64,000 bases of DNA. Origin: an uncultured cyanobacterium (GTDB taxonomy: Bacteria; Cyanobacteriota; Cyanobacteriia; Cyanobacteriales; Microcystaceae). The stretch is taken from assembly GCA_963807635.1 (NCBI GenBank), contig CAWEDJ010000016.1, positions 1-64,000 on the forward strand. Direction: 5' to 3'. The notes beneath the pieces were generated by a model. That model made no database searches and was not told the origin of the DNA. It saw only the letters and a program-made list of their open reading frames with translations. Every line of letters starts with the position of its first letter. Position 1 is the stretch's first letter. Below are positions 22,170-32,345 of the stretch, in pieces. Made by a program: the position numbers and the translations under genes.

Positions 22170-23072
22170 TTAATATTGAATGCGATCGCAACTGGCCCCT
22201 GCGTCGGCGTGTTTAGTGACAAAATCAATAATCTTACCCGCCACATTCACCCCCGTTGCCGTTTCAATCCCTTCCAAACCAGGGGAAGAATTCACTTCCA
22301 TAATGACAGGGCCATGATTAGAACGAAGCAAATCAACTCCCGCTACACTTAATCCCATTGCTTTAGCCGCTCTCAGGGCTGTACTGCGTTCTTCTGGCGT
22401 AATTTTAATTTTTTCGATGCTTCCCCCCCGATGGAGATTAGACCGAAAATCTCCTTTTCCTTGACGCTTCATCGAGGCGATCACCTTTCCCCCGACCACA
22501 AAACAACGGATATCCATTCCCGCCGCTTCTGCAATAAATTCCTGTACCAAAATATTGGCTTCCAATTGACGAAAAGCTTCAATTACCGAACGAGCCGCTT
22601 GATGGGTTTCGGCTAAAACCACTCCAATTCCCTGGGTTCCTTCTAAAAGTTTAATGACGACGGGCGCACCACCGACGGTTTCGATTAATCCATCAATGTC
22701 TTGGGTGGCATGGGCAAACCCTGTAACGGGCAGACCTACCCCTTCTTTGGCCAAAATTTGTAAACAACGCAGTTTATCCCGCGATCGCGAAATAGCTTGG
22801 GATTCATTGGCACTAAAAACCCCCATGACCTCAAATTGTCGGACAACGGCTGTACCGTAAAAGGTTCTAGAAGCTCCAATTCGGGGAATAATGGCATCAA
22901 AATTTTCTAAAGCTTGTCCATTATAAAAAATCTTCGGTTTATGGGAGGTGATATTCATATAACAGCGCAAATAATTAACGACCCTGACTTCGTGGCCCGC
23001 CGCTTCCCCCGCTTCCTTGAGGCGTTTTGTCGAATAAAGTGAGGGACTTTGGGACAAAATTGCAATTTTCAT
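22170..23072 (-). CDS. rimK: RimK family alpha-L-glutamate ligase
   Basis: [56 protein letters not shown]. Confidence 0.95.
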   Translation of the reverse strand: MKIAILSQSPSLYSTKRLKEAGEAAGHEVRVVNYLRCYMNITSHKPKIFYNGQALENFDAIIPRIGASRTFYGTAVVRQFEVMGVFSANESQAISRSRDKLRCLQILAKEGVGLPVTGFAHATQDIDGLIETVGGAPVVIKLLEGTQGIGVVLAETHQAARSVIEAFRQLEANILVQEFIAEAAGMDIRCFVVGGKVIASMKRQGKGDFRSNLHRGGSIEKIKITPEERSTALRAAKAMGLSVAGVDLLRSNHGPVIMEVNSSPGLEGIETATGVNVAGKIIDFVTKHADAGASCDRIQY

Positions 23073-23167
23073 GGTTATTGTGAATTTTTAAAAATGATTC
23101 GGGCATTTTATCTCGTTCAATATTAACAACAACCATCGGAAATCGTTGATTAAAAAAGAAGTTGTAA

Positions 23168-23260
23168 TAAGCTGTTGCACATTAAAATAGGTTGCATAGT
23201 GATTTGTCTGAAAGCCCTGTAACAAGAGGCTTAAGCCCCTTGCCCGTATCCGTTTTAGAG
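23168..23260 (-). mobile_element. MITE-like dispersed repeat, inverted partial copy of the 52967 element
   Basis: Reverse complement TCTAAAACGGATACGGGCAAGGGGCTTAAGCCTCTTGTTA...TATGCAACCTA aligns with 52981-53052; begins TAAGCTGTT. Confidence 0.7.
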
Positions 23261-23261
23261 A

Positions 23262-23861
23262 TTAAAGGGGAATTAATTCAGGAAAATTGAGTAACACTTG
23301 CTCATTGGTCAACTCATCGCCTAGTTGGGCGGGGGAAAAATGGACTTGAATCGCTTCGAGCTTGTGTTGATAGTGCAAATTAATCAGAGCCTTGAGACTG
23401 TATTCCAAGGCTTCGCGATCCGCTAAATTCGCTTCTAAATCAGGGTTGTCCCCTGTAAAAGCAACGGTGAGCATAATCACAATATTGGAAGTGGTCGGTA
23501 AAGTTAGGGGAATTTCGGAATCAGGTAAGACTTCTCCACCCGTTTCTGCTAGATAACGCTGGGCCGAATCGGTGAACAATTCATTCACAAAATCCCCTGC
23601 TTCTCCTTCATCCCAGAAAATATCCCCTTCATTGGATGCCGATTCCCAATAAACATTCATTTGCAGTAAATTTTGGCAGATTTGGACTAAACCTTCCCCT
23701 GTGACTTCTAAATCACCCTCGGATTCAATGCTATCTCTTCCTGCTTGATTGAGAACTCCCAAAATCGGGGCAATTTCTTGACCGCGCAAATGAATAAAAA
23801 TCCGAGAGACAACATAACGAGTTCGACCCGTCATTTGATTAAAGCGATCGCGTAATCCCAT
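23262..23861 (-). CDS. DUF1517-like protein
   Basis: RYVVSRIFIHL, YWESASNEGD, ELFTDSAQRY, ELIPL C-terminus. Confidence 0.7.
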   Translation of the reverse strand: MGLRDRFNQMTGRTRYVVSRIFIHLRGQEIAPILGVLNQAGRDSIESEGDLEVTGEGLVQICQNLLQMNVYWESASNEGDIFWDEGEAGDFVNELFTDSAQRYLAETGGEVLPDSEIPLTLPTTSNIVIMLTVAFTGDNPDLEANLADREALEYSLKALINLHYQHKLEAIQVHFSPAQLGDELTNEQVLLNFPELIPL

Positions 23862-23890
23862 ATTTAGCTCCTATTATCAATAAAAACATC

Positions 23891-24011
23891 TAAGTAGATG
23901 GGTTTTAAGACTTAATGGGATCCCCCCTGCCCCCCTTGATAAGGGGGGTGTCCGTAGGACGGGGGGATCAAGCGCAAAATTTATATTAGTTGAATTGTAA
24001 CCAACTGCTTA
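23891..24011. mobile_element. MITE-like element carrying a GATCCCCC...GGGGGATC hairpin
   Basis: TAAGTAGATGGGTT...AACCAACTGCTTA imperfect termini; branched GC hairpin at 23919-23969; the last TTA is the stop of the adjacent gene. Confidence 0.6.
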
Positions 24012-24593
24012 TTCTGAGACTAATTCACTATTAAATTCATTAAAAGTACGTTGTTTTAATTCAACGGATTCAGAACGGGGTAATAACTTAAATTCCTTTC
24101 TTAAAACATCATCAACTTCCTCAAATTTGACGACCCCTTTGCCATTAAAAAGAACTTTTTTATTGGCACTTAACACAACGGTCTGGGGAATAACCCCTTG
24201 ATAATAATAACCAGGCTCATCGGGACGGTAGGAAGATTTTTGGGGAATAGAATCCACAATGATGGGAATAATGCTGGCGGCGCGGCCATAGAATTCTTGA
24301 TAACGGGAAACAATAAAAGCGTATTCCTTGCAATCCCGACTATCATCCAGAAAATAGACGATAACGGCGGGAAGTTTGCGCTCAAAGGTTTCAGCGATGG
24401 TTAAACGGGGCGGAACCAAGGAACCATTCCCTGCATAAACCACAAAAATATTGCCGTCTAAGCGGTCATCATCTACCCCCGCCTGGGCAGGTGTTGCGCT
24501 TAATAGCCAGAAACCCAGGCAAATCGCCACTAAAAAGGTGATAAAAGCTTTAAAAGAGAATAATCGAGCAAAATTTAGGCGATTCAAATTCAT
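24009..24593 (-). CDS. Thioredoxin-like thylakoid protein (photosystem I accumulation factor family)
   Basis: Signal peptide, DGNIFVVYAGNGSLVPP, DDSRDCK, QEFYGRAA, FNEFN. Confidence 0.72.
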   Translation of the reverse strand: MNLNRLNFARLFSFKAFITFLVAICLGFWLLSATPAQAGVDDDRLDGNIFVVYAGNGSLVPPRLTIAETFERKLPAVIVYFLDDSRDCKEYAFIVSRYQEFYGRAASIIPIIVDSIPQKSSYRPDEPGYYYQGVIPQTVVLSANKKVLFNGKGVVKFEEVDDVLRKEFKLLPRSESVELKQRTFNEFNSELVSE

Positions 24594-24668
24594 TGTCAAC
24601 TTCTGTAGGAATTTCGTTAAAATAATCAAAATTAAGGACGACTTAAGCACAAGGTTAATAAAAATTGG

Positions 24669-25217
24669 GTGACTCAAGAAAACGCAAACCAACAGTCAAA
24701 GACGCGATCAATTCCAACCCAAAGCCGATTGATCCATAGTCATTATGCTATTTTAGGGCTTCATCCGTCCGCTTCGGTCATCGAAATTCGACGGGCCTAT
24801 CGGGAATTGAGCAAAACCTATCACCCCGATACCACTACTTTACCTTCTGAGGTAGCGACTCGGAAGTTTCAGCGATTAAATGAAGCCTATGGCATTATTA
24901 GTAATCCCGAACGGCGATCGCTGTATGATCTGCAAATTGGTTATTCACGCTGGAATGTGATCCAGATTCCGACGGATTTACAGCAGTCCAATCAAAAAAT
25001 TAATCAAGAAAACGAAAACTGGTCAAAATCAGCCTATTTAGATCCGAATGATCGCCCTCTGTCGGCAGGAGAGATTTTTTCCCTCTGTCTTTTGGCCCTG
25101 ACCTTACTGGGTTGTTTAGGATTAGCCTTTTTAATCGCGTGGCTTAGAGGAGATTCAATGGCGATCGCCCCTAGTTTGGGTTTCTTGAAGATTGTGTTAA
25201 TGCCCCAAATAGCTTAA
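24669..25217 (+). CDS. J-domain membrane protein
   Basis: HYAILGL, YHPD motif, C-terminal TM helix. Confidence 0.9.
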   Translation: MTQENANQQSKTRSIPTQSRLIHSHYAILGLHPSASVIEIRRAYRELSKTYHPDTTTLPSEVATRKFQRLNEAYGIISNPERRSLYDLQIGYSRWNVIQIPTDLQQSNQKINQENENWSKSAYLDPNDRPLSAGEIFSLCLLALTLLGCLGLAFLIAWLRGDSMAIAPSLGFLKIVLMPQIA

Positions 25218-25261
25218 AATAACTTTCAAATAACCCTGCCTAGAGTTTTCGATTAGATGCT

Positions 25262-25534
25262 ATGGATTTTCCCCCTGATAATACTCCCCTCTACAATCAC
25301 CCCCTTTCAAGCATTGAAAACTGGCTTTTGGCGTTGGGCTGTCAACAGGATTTGCAAAATCGGCATTGTTGGTCGATTAAATACCCTGATTGGCAAGCAG
25401 AACTCAGTTTTGATATTGAAGAGTTGACGGTTCATTATTTACCGACGGAATCGGGGGAAAATGAGGTCAAGCGGACTTTTAAGTATTCCCTAAGTCGTCG
25501 GGATTTAGAAGATGCCATTTTTGCTGGCCCCTAA
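25262..25534 (+). CDS. DUF3143 family protein
   Basis: TPLYNHPL..IE.WL, FKYSLSRRDLEDAIFAGP. Confidence 0.82.
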   Translation: MDFPPDNTPLYNHPLSSIENWLLALGCQQDLQNRHCWSIKYPDWQAELSFDIEELTVHYLPTESGENEVKRTFKYSLSRRDLEDAIFAGP

Positions 25535-25628
25535 GAGTTTTTTGGCATTATGAAGTTGAAATAAACTAAGTCCATCCTGTTAAGTTTATTAATGCTAGTT
25601 TAATCTCAGAATTCGTTGAGTTATATTA

Positions 25629-25659
25629 GACCTAGCCCTATGCGGTTAGGTTTTGTTTT
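25629..25659 (+). terminator. Possible intrinsic terminator
   Basis: CCTAGCC-loop-GGTTAGG stem followed by TTTTGTTTT. Confidence 0.35.
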
Positions 25660-25773
25660 AGTAAAAACTTTTGATGATTTATATAGAATAAATCAAACAA
25701 TTCAAACATTTATAGCAAATTATGTTGTGATGTTTGAATGAATTTTGCTGGATTTAGCAACTTATATCTTTAG

Positions 25774-25877
25774 AAGTTTGATCCCCCTGCCTACGGCATC
25801 CCCCTTAAAAAGGGAGACTATTTTACTGATAGGAATTTAGTCTCCCTTATCAAGGGGGGTTGGGGGGATCAAAACTT
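25774..25877. repeat. Branched GC-rich hairpin repeat (GATCCCCC...GGGGGATC family)
   Basis: AAGTTTGATCCCCC...GGGGGATCAAAACTT outer stem with inner CCCTTAAAAAGGG and CCCTTATCAAGGG; related to 23919-23969. Confidence 0.7.
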
Positions 25878-25975
25878 AAACACTTAGACAGAAGAACTTG
25901 TGTGTACACGTATTGTCAGTTCAATAGTAACCAGTTACTTAATAAATCCTTAGTTAATAATATTTTAATAAAACT

Positions 25976-28228
25976 ATGACAGAAATAATTGAATTTGAAG
26001 GCCGAAAATTTCTCTCTCTAGATTTCCTTCCCACTAGTACCTGGTTATGTCCCATTAATAATCAACATCCTATTCCTACTCTGACCTTAAAGAATGATGA
26101 TATTTTCTTTATCACAGATACTCTAGGGAATATAGAACACACAGACTGTTCTGATAATAGTGTGATGAAAAGTATGGGCTTATTTTGTCGAGATACCCGC
26201 TATCTTAATCATTTAACCTTACTGATTGATAAACAAGCGCCTGTTTTACTGAGTAGTACAGCCCAAAAAGGCTTTTTTCTGTCTATCCTAGCGACGAATC
26301 CTAATTTAATAAATCTTGAATCAGGGGAAAAAATTGCGACGGAAACCATTAGTATTCAGCGTGAAATTGCCATTAAGGGAGGTTTATTTGAAGAAATAAC
26401 GCTTCATAATTACAATAGTTTTCCTGTGAGTTTCACCTTAAGTGTCAGCTTTGGAGCGGACTTTTTAGATATTTTTGATGTGCGGGGATTTGGCAGGGAA
26501 AGTCGAGGAAATCTTTTACAATTTTCGGGTTACTATATTAATGAATTAATTCACACTGAAAACCATCCCGAAATTATTCTTGCCTATCAGGGAAAAGATG
26601 GCATTATTTTAGAGTCTAGAATCCAGTTTCATTCCCTATTACCCGATGCCATTGAAGATTATACAGCCATTTGGAATGTTCAGATAGAAGCCCGACAACA
26701 AGTGACTTTAGGCTATAAAATTCAGTTTTATAATAATAATAAGCCTGCTTCTGTGGATAATATTCCGATTACGCTAATGCAGGCGAAAGGGGCGGAAATC
26801 CTAGAATCTGAAGATTGGATCGATAAAATTACCAAAATAGAAACTGATAATAAAGCGATTAATCAGGTTATTCATCAGGCTGAACAGGATATTTATTTAC
26901 TCCGACAAACGATTGATGGTCGTAAGGTGATCGCGGCGGGGGTGCCTTGGTTTTCAACGTTATTTGGACGAGATTCCTTGATTGCATCTTCCCAAACCTT
27001 GTTATTAGACCCTTCTATTGCGCGGGATACTCTCTATGTCCTTGCCCACTATCAAGGAAAAAACGATAATGATTGGCGAGAGGAAGAGCCAGGCAAAATC
27101 ATGCACGAAATTCGCTTTGGTGAAATGGCCCGTTGTCAGGAAATTCCCCATACGCCCTATTACGGAACGGTTGATGCTACGCCCCTTTGGTTGATGCTTT
27201 ATGCAGAGTATTATGCCTGGACAGGGGATGAAGATACCCTTAATGAGCTTTGGGATCATGCGTTGGCGGCGATGGACTGGTGCGATCGCAACCTCCAGGA
27301 AACAGGGTATTTGCGCTATTTTTCCCGTTCCTATCGGGGGCTAGGGAATCAGGGCTGGAAGGATTCAAGCAATTGTATTGTTAATGCCAAAGGTCAAATT
27401 GCGGAAGGGGCGATCGCCTTAGTCGAGGTTCAGGGTTATGTCTATGCGGCCAAAATTCGGTTAGCAGAAATCGCTAATCACAAAAAATTGTATGAACTCG
27501 CCGCCATCTGGCAACAATCCGCCAGGGACTTAAAGGCCCGCTTTAATCGTGATTTTTGGTTAGCTGATCATGGATTTTGCGCCCTCGCCTTAGATGGTCA
27601 GGGAAAACCCGTTGATAGTATTACCTCAAATCCAGGCCATTGTCTCAGTTTGGGCATTTTAGACATCGAAAAAGCCTATAGTGTCGGCGATCGCCTCAAA
27701 GCTCCTGATATGTTTAGCGGTTGGGGAATTCGTACCCTCAGCAGTGATAATCCCGCCTATAATCCGATGGGTTATCATATCGGTTCGGTTTCGCCCCACG
27801 ACAACGGCATGATTGCCCAGGGTTTACGCAGTCTCGGTTTTGTCGATCAACCCCTAGAAATCGCCCAGGGTTTATTTGATATGACCATGACCCAACCCTA
27901 TCAGCGTCCTCCCGAATTATTCTGTGGTCACGAACGAATTGGCGATAATTTACCCATTCAATATCCCGTTGCCTGTTCTCCCCAGGCCTGGGCTAGTGGG
28001 ACAATTTTTCAATTGTTAACCATGATGCTGAATCTTGTTCCCGATGCCCAGGGAAATTACTTACGGGTGATTGATCCCGCTTTGTTACCATCAATTAATC
28101 AGTTGTCTATTCAAAATTTACGGATTGGTAAAACCTATCTCAATCTAGAATTTGAACGTTCCAATGGAACAGTGGCTTGTCGAGTCACCAAAAAGCGCGG
28201 TAATTTACGGGTGGTAATCGAGGCTTAA
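25976..28228 (+). CDS. Amylo-alpha-1,6-glucosidase (glycogen debranching enzyme family)
   Basis: AAGVPWFSTLFGRDS, EEPGKIMHE, YYGTVDATPL, NQGWKDS, ACSPQAWA. Confidence 0.92.
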   Translation: MTEIIEFEGRKFLSLDFLPTSTWLCPINNQHPIPTLTLKNDDIFFITDTLGNIEHTDCSDNSVMKSMGLFCRDTRYLNHLTLLIDKQAPVLLSSTAQKGFFLSILATNPNLINLESGEKIATETISIQREIAIKGGLFEEITLHNYNSFPVSFTLSVSFGADFLDIFDVRGFGRESRGNLLQFSGYYINELIHTENHPEIILAYQGKDGIILESRIQFHSLLPDAIEDYTAIWNVQIEARQQVTLGYKIQFYNNNKPASVDNIPITLMQAKGAEILESEDWIDKITKIETDNKAINQVIHQAEQDIYLLRQTIDGRKVIAAGVPWFSTLFGRDSLIASSQTLLLDPSIARDTLYVLAHYQGKNDNDWREEEPGKIMHEIRFGEMARCQEIPHTPYYGTVDATPLWLMLYAEYYAWTGDEDTLNELWDHALAAMDWCDRNLQETGYLRYFSRSYRGLGNQGWKDSSNCIVNAKGQIAEGAIALVEVQGYVYAAKIRLAEIANHKKLYELAAIWQQSARDLKARFNRDFWLADHGFCALALDGQGKPVDSITSNPGHCLSLGILDIEKAYSVGDRLKAPDMFSGWGIRTLSSDNPAYNPMGYHIGSVSPHDNGMIAQGLRSLGFVDQPLEIAQGLFDMTMTQPYQRPPELFCGHERIGDNLPIQYPVACSPQAWASGTIFQLLTMMLNLVPDAQGNYLRVIDPALLPSINQLSIQNLRIGKTYLNLEFERSNGTVACRVTKKRGNLRVVIEA

Positions 28229-28382
28229 CGCTTGTGATATAAGCCTTAAAACTATTCGCGATCGCATGGAAAAATAGACAATAAAAAACAAACCTTATTC
28301 AGGAAACTTTTTTAAGCTAAAATAGCTGTAGGTATTATCCAATGTCGCTAAATCTCACTTGAAACTTCAACTATATTCGTCA

Positions 28383-28583
28383 ATGAATCAAGAGAATCCC
28401 AAGAAAATTCAGATTCCTCGTAAAATTCTTTATGTAATTTTATTGATGATTTTTAGTTCTAGTAGCGTGGGATTAGTCGCCGACTTGGATAGTCTTTTTA
28501 TTGTTGAATTTTCCACATTGATGCTGATTTTAGGCGGTGGATCTACCTTGATTTACCTTAGTTTTCATCGCCAGCGGCCTTGA
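28383..28583 (+). CDS. Small hypothetical two-TM membrane protein
   Basis: ATG-started ORF with two hydrophobic stretches; no family recognised. Confidence 0.4.
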   Translation: MNQENPKKIQIPRKILYVILLMIFSSSSVGLVADLDSLFIVEFSTLMLILGGGSTLIYLSFHRQRP

Positions 28584-28637
28584 ATTAGATAATATTGAAA
28601 AATATCTAACTCAAGTATCTAGATATTTAGAAAAAAC

Positions 28638-28823
28638 CTAAACATCATCAATAGAAGAAAAAGCAACTTTAAAAAATAACCATAAATCACTCAGAAAGCT
28701 GCCCGATGATTTAGACTTTTTCACTGAGTTTTCCGACTCAGAAATGCTCGGTTCACCCGCGACAGGATTAACAAGAACAGAGTCGGTCATAGTAGAACTG
28801 GGTAATGAATTTAGATTAAACAT
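28638..28823 (-). CDS. Small hypothetical protein
   Basis: 61-aa ORF with GAGGA upstream and an amphipathic C-terminal helix. Confidence 0.45.
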   Translation of the reverse strand: MFNLNSLPSSTMTDSVLVNPVAGEPSISESENSVKKSKSSGSFLSDLWLFFKVAFSSIDDV

Positions 28824-29203
28824 TATTTTTATCTTTCCTCAAATCGTAAATTTAATTAATCAAATAGTAAAAAATGAGTTTGTCTTGAACTTTTCTTTTA
28901 ATACTGCCATTTTCTCCAAGATACTCAACTTTTTCCTCCGTCAAAACACTGAATTAGACGGGTTCCAACAAAAACTTTTTACCGTAAAAACACTTAAGTA
29001 TCGTCTGCCATCCCAGTATAACAATCTACGGATAGATCTACTGGCTTTAAAAGGAACAAAGTACAAAAAGCATACAGAGTGAAAAATAGACGAATGAACA
29101 GAAATCTTAGCTAATTCGTTGATTTACCCCAATAATTAGTCTAATTACCAATAACAAGATCGCGATCGCATTTCAGAATTTCAAGCCACAAACAGCGATC
29201 GCG

Positions 29204-29884
29204 CTATTTTAAAGCTGCAATTAGTAAATCAGCGACAGCCCCACCAGATGCTGGATTCTGCCCAGTAATAAGTCTCTGATCTTCAACAGCAAAAGCAGCC
29301 CAAGGCTCATCTGCTTTTTTGTAAATCGCCCCTCGTGCTACTAATTCGGTTTCTGTCAGGAAAGGAACAAATTGATCTAGTTCCGCTAGTTTCTCTTCCT
29401 CATTGGAAAAACCAGTAACTTCTTTATCTTTAACAAGCAACGATCCATTGGACAACTTGATATTCAACAAGCCTGCGGCACCATGACAGACCGAAGAGAC
29501 AAAACCACCCTTTTCATAAATTTTTTGACTGATGGATTGTAGTGTCTCATTTTCAGGAAAATCCCAGATCACCCCATGACCGCCAGTGTAATAGATCGCA
29601 ACGTAGTCATCTGGATTCACTTCACTTGGTTTGAGTGTTGCACCAAGACGATTCATAAATTCTTTCTTCTGATACCATTCCCAATCAGTGGGATCTGCCA
29701 TTTCAAGACTATGTGGATCAATGGGGGTATATCCACCTTCAGGGCTGACGTAATCAAGTTCATAACCAGCTTCTTCGACTTTCTTGACAAAGTGAACAGC
29801 CTCTCCAAGCCACAGACCAGTTGCTCGCTTCAGGTTTGGATACTTTTCAACACTGGTTAGAACGACAAGTATTTTCTTATTCAT
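29204..29884 (-). CDS. DJ-1/PfpI (Hsp31-like, type 1 glutamine amidotransferase-like) protein
   Basis: TGLWLGEA, YYTGGHGVIWDF, SSVCHG, LITGQNPAS. Confidence 0.92.
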   Translation of the reverse strand: MNKKILVVLTSVEKYPNLKRATGLWLGEAVHFVKKVEEAGYELDYVSPEGGYTPIDPHSLEMADPTDWEWYQKKEFMNRLGATLKPSEVNPDDYVAIYYTGGHGVIWDFPENETLQSISQKIYEKGGFVSSVCHGAAGLLNIKLSNGSLLVKDKEVTGFSNEEEKLAELDQFVPFLTETELVARGAIYKKADEPWAAFAVEDQRLITGQNPASGGAVADLLIAALK

Positions 29885-30104
29885 GATGTCTTTTTCCTGC
29901 TTCACTTAGGCTTTATTAAGGTACTTAGATAGACAATAGCTCCAATATTTACCCAAGTAAAGTAGCTACCGTTTGGTAACTTGATGTCTATCAGGAAGCT
30001 ACATTGATTGATGAGAGAGCTTGAATCTAGTCCCCTGGAAAAACTCCTATATCAAATCCCATAACAGTGGACGCTCTATATTTAACAAAGTATCTACGAG
30101 AGCA

Positions 30105-30232
30105 GCGATCGCACTCAATCATAAATCACAGGAAAGCGATCGCATTATTCAAAAACGATAAGACAGTGATCACAATTATCAATCACAAATAACAAAACAT
30201 CGCATTTTCAAAAAAAACAAGATCGCGAGCGC
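30105..30232. repeat. Array of five HIP1/HIP1-like octamers at ~30-bp period
   Basis: GCGATCGC (30105), GCGATCGC (30136), GTGATCAC (30166), AACATCGC (30196), GCGAGCGC (30225). Confidence 0.7.
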
Positions 30233-30273
30233 ACTCAGGGAGACTAGACGGCTTGTGAATGGCTTGGTATGAG

Positions 30274-30537
30274 CTATTTAGGGATTGTTTTTATCCGAGG
30301 TGGTAATGCGTCATTTTTCATCCATTCGCCATATTCTTCTTCTGACAATCCCATCCAATGTCTGATACTTACTCCCATCCCATCTAGACCCTGTTGATAA
30401 GCAAGGAAAAAAGCACCTCTTGCCTCATCATCATTTTTAAAATGTCCGTTATTATACCAGTACCGTACTGGACTGACTTGGCCTATGTTTGAGCCTGTGT
30501 TAATTGATCGTTTTATTTCTGCTTGAGTAGCTTTCAT
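30274..30537 (-). CDS. Hypothetical protein
   Basis: 87-aa ORF with GAGGG Shine-Dalgarno-like motif; no family recognised. Confidence 0.55.
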   Translation of the reverse strand: MKATQAEIKRSINTGSNIGQVSPVRYWYNNGHFKNDDEARGAFFLAYQQGLDGMGVSIRHWMGLSEEEYGEWMKNDALPPRIKTIPK

Positions 30538-30614
30538 ATTTCCCTCACAAAGTTGATTTGATTATAAAGCTTACCACATTCATCGATTGATTCTTTATAA
30601 GTCAAGCCGTATCA

Positions 30615-30745
30615 TAGCAATTCTCAGTATGGCATTTGAGATACGCTTTATTAAGAAATTATGCAATCACGATCCCTGAAACTACTGAAGCTTCTTTGAC
30701 AGATTTTATTATTTCTAGGGTTATTGGTCAAAATGAGAATGGCTG
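30615..30745. mobile_element. Decayed MITE-like element
   Basis: TAGCAATTCTCA...TGAGAATGGCTG imperfect terminal repeats about 130 bp apart. Confidence 0.4.
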
Positions 30746-30885
30746 GTAAGAGAAGCCAATTTTGTGAGTTAGGCTAACACATGATACCCCTAAGATAATT
30801 TTAATACACTCATCTGCGAGATTCTTATTGGGGTCAGGAGTTGATCGCCCGTGTAGGGACTGAAGAGATGATCGCGAACAAATAG

Positions 30886-31140
30886 CTAACTCTCCTGATT
30901 ACCTCTAATTAAATAGCGAACTTCCTCAAGCAAAATATTAAACCTCTGATCATTTTCCGCCTGACGTTGTCTTACCAATTCTATCTCTTCGTCAAAATGA
31001 TCCATTCGGTTTTGGTTTTGAGCGGCAACCTGTAATAAAGCTTGAGCCGTTAACCTTAAACCATCCACACTATCTTTAATCTCAGTTACACTTGAAGCTA
31101 ACTCATCAAGCATCTCGTCCGTCCAACGTTGTACTGTCAT
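30886..31140 (-). CDS. Small coiled-coil protein of a common cyanobacterial type
   Basis: RWTDEMLDELA...QRFNILLEEVRYL. Confidence 0.65.
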   Translation of the reverse strand: MTVQRWTDEMLDELASSVTEIKDSVDGLRLTAQALLQVAAQNQNRMDHFDEEIELVRQRQAENDQRFNILLEEVRYLIRGNQES

Positions 31141-31230
31141 AATTCTTCACCTATCACTCTAAACACTCCTTCCTTATTTTAAACCGTAAGCCTGCTAAAT
31201 AGAGAAAAATGACAAGAGGCGCAATCATCC

Positions 31231-31260
31231 TTGACAGGTTTTGGTAAAAAATACTATAAT
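31231..31260 (+). promoter_or_regulatory. Sigma70-type promoter overlapped by an NrtR-type operator
   Basis: TTGACA-N18-TATAAT; 21-bp TTTTG-GT-N7-AC-TATAA (31239-31259) upstream of NAD salvage genes. Confidence 0.72.
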
Positions 31261-31268
31261 TAAAATGA

Positions 31269-32324
<1,056 letters not shown>

Positions 32325-32345
32325 CTTTTTCGGAGATTTCTCACC

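Noticed and set aside
30105..30232. CRISPR array
   Set aside because: The repeated unit is only an 8-bp degenerate HIP1 with ~22-bp spacers, and there are no cas genes; no true CRISPR repeat was seen anywhere in the window.
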